Virus record (IMG/VR): IMGVR_UViG_3300045988_163776
Coordinates: 128,001 to 155,695 of that record
Length of the DNA: 27,695 nucleotides
From: a virus
Direction: 5' to 3' (one strand)
A program made the position numbers and the translations under genes. This document shows, piece after piece, positions 16,887 through 25,759 of this stretch. Within the stretch, counting starts at the first letter, position 1; each line of letters begins with the position of its first letter. The notes below the pieces were generated by a model. It made no database searches. It was not told the origin of the DNA and saw only the letters and a program-made list of their open reading frames with translations.

Positions 16887-16973
16887 TGGGGATTGGTGTA
16901 ATTGGCAACACGCGGGACTCTAAATCCCGAGCTTCTGAGGCGAAAGTTCTGGGTTCGAACCCCAGATCCCCAG
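16887..16973 (+). tRNA. tRNA-Sup (anticodon CTA, reads UAG); type II-like with long variable arm, G73
   Basis: Acceptor TGGGGAT/ATCCCCA (perfect 7 bp). D-arm GTGT-AATTGGCA-ACAC. Anticodon stem CGGGA/TCCCG with loop CT-CTA-AA (U33, A37). Variable region of about 19 nt (AGCTTCTGAGGCGAAAGTT). T-arm CTGGG-TTCGAAC-CCCAG. No encoded CCA. Confidence 0.7.
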
Positions 16974-17036
16974 CGTCATCAAGTAGAAGCCTTTACGTGG
17001 CGATGATATTTAAACTAATTCTACAACATTAAATTA

Positions 17037-17058
17037 AGTAGAAAAAAATTTCTACTTA
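17037..17058 (+). terminator. hairpin
   Basis: AAGTAGAAA-AAAA-TTTCTACTT perfect palindrome. Confidence 0.4.
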
Positions 17059-17092
17059 ACTAATCACATTTTAATTACTCTTTTCAACAGGG

Positions 17093-17120
17093 TTAGGTTT
17101 ATCCTAACCCTTTATTTTTA
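17093..17120 (+). terminator. rho-independent terminator
   Basis: GGGTTAGG-TTTAT-CCTAACCC followed by TTTATTTTT. Closes the tRNA-array transcription unit. Confidence 0.8.
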
Positions 17121-17303
17121 TGCGGTCCGATCGCATTGCCTAATCTATTGCTCCTCGCGCACTAGTTATCCTAAGGGGTACGGGGAATAAAAAAGGCGTT
17201 TTAGAAAATTTTGAACCAAATTTATCATTGGGCAAACCCCAATAAATGATCTTATCTTACTTTTAAAAAATATTGGAATAAAAAAGAAAGGAGTATTAAT
17301 AGA

Positions 17304-17639
17304 ATGATATATGTAAATGGTAAAGTCTTTATTTGTGATACAGAAGATGACGTAAAAAATCTTCCAACAAATCGGACTCCTGGATGTGTGGCTAAAGTAG
17401 CTAGCACTTCTAATATATATAAACTAAATGCCTCTGGCAAATGGATTCTACAAACCTCTAGTGGAGGAGGAGGCTCTTCAGAAGATATCCATATTAATAA
17501 TGCTTATCTCGATGAAGATGAAAATCTTATACTTGAATTTAATACAAGTTATAAAGAACCTTTAAAGGTTAATATCGGTTCTATTAATGAACCGGAAATC
17601 TTTTTATTACAAGAAGAAATAAAGAAAAACAAAGTTTAG
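17304..17639 (+). CDS. hypothetical protein (structural module)
   Basis: RBS AAAGGAG. 111 aa. Gly/Ser stretch SSGGGGSSED. Confidence 0.6.
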   Translation: MIYVNGKVFICDTEDDVKNLPTNRTPGCVAKVASTSNIYKLNASGKWILQTSSGGGGSSEDIHINNAYLDEDENLILEFNTSYKEPLKVNIGSINEPEIFLLQEEIKKNKV

Positions 17640-17693
17640 GACGTTAGTGAAGATTTCATTAATAGTTTGTTCAGTTAAGGAGGATAAAACAAG

Positions 17694-18389
17694 ATGCCAG
17701 AAATTACAACAAAAGAATATGTTTCTAAAGAACGTTTTGCTCAATATGACACAAAAATAAAAGCATTAATTAAGGATATTGTTGCTAAAAGTGCTTATGA
17801 TGATAGCTCTATTAAGACACAAATTAATGCAAACAAAACAGCTATAGATACTTTAAATGGTGATGCTAGCCAAGTTGGCTCAGTAGCGAAACAAGTTGCT
17901 GATGCAGTAGCTTCTATTGTTGCAAATGCTCCAGAAGCATATGATACATTAGTAGAAATTTCAGATTGGATTAGCTCACATAGTAATGATGCTTCAGCCA
18001 TGAATACTAGTATTTTAGCAAATACTAACGCTATTAATGCATTAAAGACATTAGTAGGTACGCTTCCAGATGGTGCAGCAGCCAAAACGATTATTGAATA
18101 TATTGATTCTAAAGTTACTGGAGTAAAAGATTGGACTGCAGATATAAATACAGCTAAAACAGAAGCTATTTCAACAGCTGCAGGAGACGCAACTACAAAA
18201 GCAGATAAAGCATTAGCAAATGCAAAAGCATACGCAGATGGCCTTGCAACTAATTATGCAACTGCCGCACAGGGTGCAAAAGCAGATACCGCAGTTCAGC
18301 CTGCAGATTTAGGCACAGGGGCTTATATGAACTTAACAGAAGTAACAGAAGAATACATTAATAGTTTATTTACTGCATCATCAAATTAA
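17694..18389 (+). CDS. Ala/Thr-rich coiled-coil structural protein (scaffold/decoration-like)
   Basis: RBS AAGGAGG. 231 aa, low complexity, A/T/K/D-rich helical repeats. Confidence 0.6.
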   Translation: MPEITTKEYVSKERFAQYDTKIKALIKDIVAKSAYDDSSIKTQINANKTAIDTLNGDASQVGSVAKQVADAVASIVANAPEAYDTLVEISDWISSHSNDASAMNTSILANTNAINALKTLVGTLPDGAAAKTIIEYIDSKVTGVKDWTADINTAKTEAISTAAGDATTKADKALANAKAYADGLATNYATAAQGAKADTAVQPADLGTGAYMNLTEVTEEYINSLFTASSN

Positions 18390-18394
18390 TTTTT

Positions 18395-18427
18395 TTAAAG
18401 GGGTTTATAATTTAGACCCCTTTTTAT
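18395..18427 (+). terminator. rho-independent terminator
   Basis: AAAGGGGT-TTATAATTTAG-ACCCCTTTTT with a T-run. Confidence 0.8.
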
Positions 18428-18448
18428 CTTTAAGAAAGGAGGCTAAAT

Positions 18449-20881
18449 ATGGATATTGTATCTAAAGAACGTCTTAAATTATATAACGATCTTTTAAAAT
18501 AGCGAGTACCAGACAACAATAATTATGCGAAATTAAGAGAAAAGACTCTTTCTTGTTTAACGACAGATTCTTTAGAATCATATGGCACATACATAAAAGA
18601 TGTTATTTATTATAGAGATCATATCTTATATTGCATAAAAGACACAGATAGTTTATATATAAAATATCCATCCAATAGTACAGTTTCTGAATTTAGTGGC
18701 TGTTTTGGTTCTTTTGAAAACAAAAGTATATATCTATATGAAGATAGCTCTTATTATTATATTTATACTTTAGCCATAAACGCATTAAATATAACTATTA
18801 AACAAGTTAAATTTACAAAAGCAGATGGGAATATATCTTCTTCAAAACCAATTATTACCGCTTACACTGGAGCGTTAAGCAGTGGTGATACTTTATATAA
18901 TTCAGAATTTTATGTTTATAATGATTATGCTTATATTTCTATATTAAATGGCAGTACTTATTATGTAAAGAAATTGAATTTATCATCTTCTATAACAATA
19001 AGTGATTTATATAGTAGTAGTAGTCCATTTTATATAAAGCCAGACGTATTTGATCTTTCTTGCTTTTATATATTAAATGCTACATCAGTAAAAAAAATAA
19101 GTGCAGATGGCAGCTTACAATCTACTACTAATTTACCTTATACGATTTCAACGACTGGCTTTATAGATTACTTTAACAATTATGTGGTTTATACTACAAA
19201 TGGTTTAATTTTTTATATTACAAATTTAACCACAAGCCAAACTAATATGATAGTTTGTGAAGATGATGTACCTCTTTTAGACAGCTCTAATATAAGAACT
19301 TTAAAAATAAAGAAAATTACTAATAAAGGTGCATTACAATTTTATTTAGGTTTAACAGAAGGAAGACATATTAAATTTTATAGTGATACAACATCATTTG
19401 TAAGATTAGAATATTCATTTATCGATCCTTCTAATAAAGTAATATTAAAAATAGTGGCAGACCCTTATAAAAACACTGAAAATATTTTAATTACTTATGA
19501 TACATAGGCAAAATAGATTAGGGTATTAAATGAAAATATATAGGCCTCTGGAGCTGGAATTTTAGCCAGATTACAAGATACTACTAAGCAACAAATCGCA
19601 GAGTTAACAAAAGTAAAAGATACAGTTAAAACTAATTCTGCTAACATTGGCACAATGCAATATGATATTACTCACTTAACAAACACTGTAAATATAAAGA
19701 CTTCAGATCTTGAGAAAAAAATTGTTCCAACATATAAGAATCAAGGGCTATGCGGAACAGACAGTATTGATAATTATAAAACATATGGAGTATATGCTAT
19801 TTACTCATCATCTAGTACTCCATCTGGATTGCCTTTAGATAGAGCTACAAATGAAAAAATATATTTATTTATTATAAACACTCCTTCCGTTGGAGATGAT
19901 TGTATACAAACTTTATATTACACAAAATAGAAAATAACATATCGTAGATTTTATGCAGCAGGAGAAACAGTATGGAGTGATTGGTAGAAAATTATTAATA
20001 CTCCTGAAGCTCTAAAGAATCCAAATGCACTAACACTTACTGTAAATGGTACTAGTATCCCATATGATGGTTCAGCCGCAAAAAGCTCTACATGGTATGC
20101 GCCTACTGGGGCTGGGACCAAAGGACATCAATTAGTGTCTAATGGCGCAGGTGCGCCGGTATGGGAACAACCTCCATACGCAACATGCGCAAGCACTTCG
20201 ACAGTATATGCTAAAGCAATAACAATTCCTAATTTTACTCCAGTAGCTGGAAAGCATATTTTTATTAAATTTAGCAATGCTTCATATTCTCATGTAAATA
20301 CGGCTATTAATTTATAGGTGAATGGAGTGACTAATGCAGTATACCAAAATGGTAAGGCTGTTACTGGCACAACAATGTATGCTTGGTTAGCTAATGATAT
20401 TGTTGAATTTATGTTTGATGGTAGCTATTGGCATATTATATAGATTGTTAATCGTGTAGAAGAAAATAATACTGTTGCACATACTATGAACATTGATGAT
20501 AATGGTGTGGCAATAAATACTGGTGGATATCCTGACAGTGATGCTTGGACAAAAGTATTGACTATTCCAGGGGCAAGCAGTTTAGATGTTACAGTAATAT
20601 ATTAGTCAGAATCGGCTACATATGATTGGGGTTGTGTATGGGTCGGCAACTATCCAGATTTTACTGCAGCCGCAAATTATTCAACATCTTTAACCAATAA
20701 ATTAGCTGGTAAGACAAAAACAACCGCAAATTATCAAGTAAAAGGAGATACAGTCACAGTAGCTTGGAAGTCTGATGGTTCTTCGCATAGTTATTATGGT
20801 CTTTATGTAAGCATAAAGCCTAGTCCTGTTGGAGGAATTTCTTTCTCTTCTAGTTTAACATATGAGCCTATAACGACATAA
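18449..20881 (+). CDS. large tail-fiber/receptor-binding-like protein (about 810 aa) with 9 in-frame TAG sense codons
   Basis: RBS AAGGAGG then ATG 18449. One uninterrupted frame to TAA 20879-20881 except for TAG at 18500, 19505, 19514, 19541, 19928, 19985, 20315, 20441 and 20603. Track ORFs 18974-19507, 19655-19930 and 20135-20317 are all in this same frame. Ser/Thr/Asn/Tyr-rich, beta-rich composition typical of fibre proteins. Confidence 0.7.
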
Positions 20882-20937
20882 TTTGCGTTTATATAAATTT
20901 TTTGATATAATAAAATAAAAAAGAGGGAGGTTAAGAA

Positions 20938-21540
20938 ATGCCAAGTGTTGTAAATCCAACAGACAAACTAGTGCTAACAGATACAACTTTAGAATTGCTC
21001 GTAGATCAAATACGAAATGAAATTCAAAAATTGTATAGTGCTTCTAATTTTAAAAATGTAGAGTATTTAGCTTCAGCAGAAGATGGTGGAAGTAATAAAC
21101 TTATTATTACATTAAACGATGATAGCAAAAGAGAATACATTATAAAAAATGGTAATGCTGGCGCAGATGCGAAAGTTACTGCGGAAGCAAGTATACCAAC
21201 TGATGATACTGTCGGAACTCCTTCTGTGTCTGTAGATTATAGTGTAGGAGCAGACAATACAACGAATTTAATTTTTAATTTTTCACACTTAAAAGGCGCT
21301 ACTGGTGCGGCAGGTCCACAAGGGCCATAGGGAGAACGAGGTCTACAAGGTCTGCAGGGCCCTCAAGGAGAAAAGGGAAATACTGGCGCAACTGGTCCAA
21401 GAGGTGCAACAGGCCCTCAAGGTATATAGGGTATACAAGGTCCTTAGGGAGAAAAGGGCGACCCAGGACCACAGGGTCCACAAGGCCCAAGTGTAATTAG
21501 TTTAAGTGATGACTTAAATTATGAAGGAGTAACTTTATAA
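20938..21540 (+). CDS. collagen-like (Gly-X-Y repeat) tail-fibre protein with 3 in-frame TAG codons
   Basis: Strong RBS AAGAGGGAGG. After about 130 aa, the sequence GATGAAGPQGP-[TAG]-GERGLQGLQGPQGEKGNTGATGPRGATGPQGI-[TAG]-GIQGP-[TAG]-GEKGDPGPQGPQGPS follows, then ...VISLSDDLNYEGVTL and TAA at 21538-21540. The TAGs sit exactly where Gln (CAA/CAG) occurs in neighbouring repeats. Confidence 0.75.
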
Positions 21541-21693
21541 AATTGGTAATCCAGATGGCTTCAACTTTCATTATTAGTTTTCTGGAAATAGATCTTATAA
21601 AGGATAGGAGCTTAGAGAAATATGATGTATAATAATATACATTAGTTCTTAAGAGAATATAATATAAGAAAAATGAAAGAAGGTAAATAATTA

Positions 21694-22225
21694 ATGGCTA
21701 AAATAAAGAAAATAAAAGATAATAATGGCACTACTATTTACCCTCTTACCTCGGTTGATGTAGTCTTTGACAAAAATGGTAAGACTTTGACCGGGGGGGG
21801 TGCTAAGTTTTATAGCTGGTCCTGATGATGACTTAAAGAATAATCCAACTATTAATTCTATCATAGCTTAGAACCTCACTACTAGTCTCTCCCCAAGAGG
21901 AGGTAGAGATTATGTAAGTGTTTTGTGCTTAGATAATAAATATATTCGTACTTGGTCGTTTTATAAGAAATCAGCAGCCTCGCCTGCGGAAAAAGGAGAC
22001 AAATATAATGCAAGACTCTCTGGAAGTGGAATTCTTGTATTTTGCATGACGGAATAGTCACCAAATCATATTGATGACGCCTATTTTTATCCATTTGAAT
22101 TATTAGGTACTAATTAGTATTTTAAATAGATAAACGGAATATCTTTTGATACTGAGAGCATTAATGGATTTGTAGACCCAATGGGAGATTGGGATGCTTA
22201 TTGGGTATTATTCAAAAAAGTATAA
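21694..22225 (+). CDS. tail-fibre-like protein paralog 1; reading frame interrupted at a G8 homopolymer (+1 shift needed)
   Basis: RBS AAAGAAGG then ATG 21694. N-terminus MAKIKKIKDNNGTTIYPLTSVDVVFDKNGKTLTGGG. The G8 tract at 21793-21800 leaves this frame hitting TGA at 21823-21825. The +1 frame gives a coherent protein of about 135 aa (..AGPDDDLKNNPTINSIIA-Q-NLTTSLSPRGGRDYVSV...MGDWDAYWVLFKKV) ending TAA 22223-22225, with 4 further in-frame TAGs. Confidence 0.55.
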
Positions 22226-22278
22226 TTAAAGAGAATAAATTAATATAATATTTTATTCACTTAATTTATTCTCTTTAA
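22226..22278 (+). terminator. 18-bp perfect inverted repeat hairpin
   Basis: TTAAAGAGAATAAATTAA...TTAATTTATTCTCTTTAA. Confidence 0.5.
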
Positions 22279-22306
22279 TATAAAAAAATAAAAGGAGAGA
22301 ATAAAT

Positions 22307-22751
22307 TATGGCACAAATTAAAAAATTAAAGCAAGGGGAGACAACGATTTTCCCAATGACAGATGCAAGTGCTGTACAATACGCAGGTAAAACTCTCTCG
22401 GATATGACCGGGGGGGGTCTATAGTACCCAACCCGTAAAAATTGGCACTTGGATTAATGGAAAGACAATATATAGAGAAATAAAAGAAATAGATTTTGCA
22501 TAGATAGATAAAACAGCGGACCATTTTTCATCAAATCTATCAGATTTTGGTATTTCTATAACAAAGACTGGAGGTTTACTTAATTTATATATTATAAGTT
22601 TTGCTTTTCCTTTAGATTCTGCAACTAATCAAGAAATTGGGTTTGTTTATACGCCAAATGAATTTTTAAAAGGTATAAAAGATGGGAATATAACAGAGTC
22701 ACTGTTTATTGAACCAATATATGCAATTATTACTTATGTTTCTTTAGACTA
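22307..22751 (+). CDS. tail-fibre-like protein paralog 2; reading frame interrupted at a G8 homopolymer (+1 shift needed)
   Basis: RBS AAAAGGAGAG then ATG 22307. N-terminus MAQIKKLKQGETTIFPMTDASAVQYAGKTLSDMTGGG. The G8 tract at 22409-22416 leaves this frame ending at TAA 22454-22456. The +1 frame is coherent (VYSTQPVKIGTWINGKTIYREIKEIDFA-Q-IDKTADHF...EPIYAIITYVSLD) to TAA 22749-22751. Confidence 0.55.
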
Positions 22752-22790
22752 ACTAAGAAGAATATTTTATTCTTCTTAGTAATTTAATTT
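22752..22790 (+). terminator. rho-independent terminator
   Basis: CTAAGAAGAATA-TTTT-ATTCTTCTTAG followed by TAATTTAATTTTT. Confidence 0.7.
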
Positions 22791-22812
22791 TTAATAAGGA
22801 GAATAAGATATT

Positions 22813-23265
22813 ATGGCACAAATTAAAAAATTAAAAGACAATAATAATAATACAATATATCCAATGACACAAGCATCAGCAGTTTTTCTTAATAATGGAG
22901 AACAGCTTAGTGATTATTATTTAATTAAAGATATGGTTGCGTCTAATAAAGGCGTATCTGATTTATTCAATAATAGGATATATTTTAATGATGTTGGATC
23001 TCCAATAAAAGATCCAACTTTATATTTAATAAAAATAAAAGTAAATGGTCAACAACAGCTTACTTATTATGAAAATCCATTGAATGGCTATATTGCTTCT
23101 GATTTTGATAGTGACACTGGATTTTCAACTTCGCCATTAATGGTTACTAGTTTTACAGATGGGAAAATATACAAAACAACCAAAGAGTTTTCTTTTATCT
23201 ATGATAAAAGTGATAATTCTGCTGATCTAGAAACTGGGCAAAATGATTTAATAAGTAGTTTATAG
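22813..23265 (+). CDS. tail-fibre-like protein paralog 3 (intact, no G tract)
   Basis: RBS ATAAGGAG. N-terminus MAQIKKLKDNNNNTIYPMTQASAVF is homologous to the two frame-broken paralogs. 150 aa. Ends TAG at 23263-23265, followed by TGG then GAC. Confidence 0.65.
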   Translation: MAQIKKLKDNNNNTIYPMTQASAVFLNNGEQLSDYYLIKDMVASNKGVSDLFNNRIYFNDVGSPIKDPTLYLIKIKVNGQQQLTYYENPLNGYIASDFDSDTGFSTSPLMVTSFTDGKIYKTTKEFSFIYDKSDNSADLETGQNDLISSL

Positions 23266-23311
23266 TGGGACAGCATTTGAGTAAAAATAAAAAAAGGAGA
23301 GTAAGCATAAG

Positions 23312-24241
23312 ATGCAATTAAAGTATTCTCATGGCGCATTACTTTCTCCAAAAGATGATAGAGATTATTAGTTTACAGATTTGATTGCGGGAGTTCGTTT
23401 AAGCGAGCTCCCTTCTGAGTATATAAATCCTTTAGTTCATAATGTTCCTGTTGTGGATTAGGGGTAGTCAGAAACTTGCGTAGCTTGCTCATTAACGTAT
23501 TTACGCTGGCTAACCGAACGGACGCAATCAAACAATGAAAAACAATTCTCACCAAGCTATATCTACGGCAATAGAGATAGCTTTGGATACATGGGAGAAG
23601 GTATGATAGTGCGTGAAGCACTTCAAACTTTAAGAAAGCAAGGAGTTTGTTATTATGAAGATCTACCTGGTTTTTATGATGTACAGACTTCAATTAAACA
23701 ATATAGACAAAACAGAGATACGCTTGATCCTAAAGCATATCCTTTCAGAATTTCATCATTCTATGCAGTTAGTGGAATAGAAGGAATTAAGAATGCAGTT
23801 TATAATTTAGGCGGAGTAATAGTTAGTTATCCAGTTTATTATTGTCTATATTCTCCAGATAAAGAGGGAAAAATTCAATTTGATAATAGTGTGTAGAATT
23901 TCCAAAATGGTTATCACGCAATGACTATAGTAGGATGGACTTCTACACATTGGATAGTTCTTAATTCTTGGGGAAAGAACTGGGGTAAAGATGGAATCTG
24001 CTACATTCCTTTTAGTTATCCAATAGCAGAAGCTTGGGGAATAGTAGATCAAATTACGGAGGTTATATTTAAAATGGCAAAATTTATTGATACAGAAGGT
24101 CATTGGGCAGAACAGGCTATTGATAAGGCTGCTGACAAAGGTGTTGTAAGTGGCTTTGAAGATGGGCTATTCCATCCAGATGAACCAATCACAAGAGCAT
24201 AGTTATGTTCAATCCTTGATAGACTAGGATTGTTTAACTAA
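23312..24241 (+). CDS. papain-like (C1 family) cysteine peptidase with C-terminal SLH domain; 6 in-frame TAG codons including both catalytic-motif Gln
   Basis: RBS AAAAAGGAGAG then ATG 23312. VVD-[TAG]-G-[TAG]-SETCVACS reproduces the papain DQGQ..C..C active-site motif only if TAG is Gln. Downstream YHAMTIVGW (His) and VLNSWGKNWGKDGICYI (Asn-Ser-Trp-Gly, the NSWGxxWG motif) follow. The C-terminus FIDTEGHWAEQAIDKAADKGVVSGFEDGLFHPDEPITRA-Q is an SLH-domain consensus. Further TAGs at 23369, 23894 and 24200. Ends TAA 24239-24241. Confidence 0.75.
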
Positions 24242-24248
24242 TGAAAAT

Positions 24249-24287
24249 GCGGGCCGGTCGCAAGACTGGCCCATTTTCTCTTTTAAA
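24249..24287 (+). terminator. rho-independent terminator
   Basis: GGGCCGGTC-GCAAGAC-TGGCCC followed by ATTTTCTCTTTT. Confidence 0.7.
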
Positions 24288-24414
24288 CAACTTACGCACT
24301 TCGTTTGACTATTTATTTATTTTTTGATATGATAAATATATAAGAAAATAAATAAGGAATTAAGCAATACTAATATACAGAGTATTAGATAAAATAGCAA
24401 GGAGAATAATTAAA

Positions 24415-24522
24415 ATGAAATTATATATTTACAAGTGGGACAATGATACTTTTATAGGAAGCAATAAAGGCTATATGGTAAAATATGAAGAAAAGCAGAG
24501 GTTTATAGATGCTATCTCTTAA
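24415..24522 (+). CDS. small peptide (35 aa) immediately upstream of and overlapping the radical SAM gene; candidate substrate/precursor peptide
   Basis: Strong RBS AAGGAGAATAATTAAA then ATG. MKLYIYKWDNDTFIGSNKGYMVKYEEKQRFIDAIS. The TAA at 24520-24522 overlaps the start of the next gene. Confidence 0.4.
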   Translation: MKLYIYKWDNDTFIGSNKGYMVKYEEKQRFIDAIS

Positions 24523-25759
24523 AGAATATAAAGAAGAATACCATTGTCCAATAATCGCTTGCTTAAACATAACAAATCAATGTAATCTTAAATGTCGCTA
24601 TTGCTTTGTAAATCAGAATCCAGAACGCATGTCTTTTGAAACTGCTACAACAGCAGTAACTTATTTATATAAGAACCTAACTGCGCGACGGGAAAAAACT
24701 GGGAATCCGCACCTAAAAGGCACTATTAATTTTTTTGGTGGTGAGCCACTTTTGGAATGGTCTTTAATAAAACGATTAACAGAATGGATAGAAGAAAAGT
24801 ATGCTAATTGTTTCAATTTAGGCATTACAACTAATGGTACACTATTGAACAAACAAATTATAGATTTTTTATATGAACATAAAATAATACCTTTGTTATC
24901 AATGGATGGGGATAGAGAAACACAAGAATATAATAGACCTTGCAAACTTAGAGGTAGTAGTTTTGATTTGGTTAAAACGCATTTATCTTATCTGCTGGAA
25001 AAATTCCCTAATACAGTATTTCGCATGACTATATATGAGGATACTTGTGATAAATTATTTGATAATATTATATTTGCAGAACAACAAGGCTTTAAGTATT
25101 TCTATGCAACTCCAGATAGTAGACATAATTTTTCTAAAGAAAATTTAAAAAAATTAAAAATAGAATTAGAAAAATTTTATAGTTACTTCACTATTAGTCT
25201 AATAAATGGCATTAAACCAATAGAGAGTAGCTTTATAAGAGATATGTTCCTAGGAGTATTGCGTGAGCCTAGTCTTAAGGTTAATGAACTAGACCAATTA
25301 ATACCAAGAGATATAATGAGATGTGGCCTTGGTACTGTAAGCATTAGTATTAGTCCAGATGGTAGTATATATGGGTGCCAAGAACAAGTAACTAATAATA
25401 AAGAAAATAATCTTTTTTATTTAGGGGATATATATAAAGGAATCGCGGGCGACCACCATATCAAGCTTTTAAGTGAATACAGATCGCTTTCCGCAATCAC
25501 AAGTGAATCCGCAAGTTTATGCGAAGATTGTGGGTATCGTAAATTATGTTATCAAGTTCAATGTCCTTCAATGGCAAAACAAAGATTTGATAATTTTTTT
25601 ATATTGCCAGAGACAATGTGCTTCTGGAATCGAACTTTATATGATTTAACAAAACAAGTTTTATCAATATATAATGAAAATATAGAACGATATTTAACAG
25701 AAATAATTGAGGAGGAAGAGGAATATGAGTTATATTGTAGGAGGAACAACTTATCCTGA
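24509..25759 (+). CDS. radical SAM enzyme with C-terminal SPASM/twitch domain
   Basis: N-terminal CNLKCRYC (CxxxCxxC, the SAM-cluster motif). C-terminal Cys clusters MRCGLGTVSISISPDGSIYGCQEQ and CEDCGYRKLCYQVQCP are typical of SPASM-domain maturases. 416 aa. Confidence 0.75.
   Translation: MLSLKEYKEEYHCPIIACLNITNQCNLKCRYCFVNQNPERMSFETATTAVTYLYKNLTARREKTGNPHLKGTINFFGGEPLLEWSLIKRLTEWIEEKYANCFNLGITTNGTLLNKQIIDFLYEHKIIPLLSMDGDRETQEYNRPCKLRGSSFDLVKTHLSYLLEKFPNTVFRMTIYEDTCDKLFDNIIFAEQQGFKYFYATPDSRHNFSKENLKKLKIELEKFYSYFTISLINGIKPIESSFIRDMFLGVLREPSLKVNELDQLIPRDIMRCGLGTVSISISPDGSIYGCQEQVTNNKENNLFYLGDIYKGIAGDHHIKLLSEYRSLSAITSESASLCEDCGYRKLCYQVQCPSMAKQRFDNFFILPETMCFWNRTLYDLTKQVLSIYNENIERYLTEIIEEEEEYELYCRRNNLS

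Noticed and set aside
16887-16973. Considered whether the CUA tRNA is instead a tRNA-Ser/Leu/Tyr (ordinary type II) misread by one nucleotide
   Set aside because: The anticodon stem CGGGA/TCCCG is unambiguous and places CTA at positions 34-36. The ordinary tRNA-Ser(GCT), Tyr(GTA) and Leu(TAA) genes are separately present.
7300-17000. rRNA genes or a tmRNA within the array
   Set aside because: No long conserved rRNA-like stretches. No tag-peptide reading frame ending in ...AA-stop next to a tRNA-like domain could be identified.
21793-21800. G8 tracts as trivial sequencing or assembly homopolymer errors
   Set aside because: Not excluded, but two independent paralogs carry the same tract length at the homologous position with identical frame consequences. 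Both would need the same error. Reported as a finding with this caveat.
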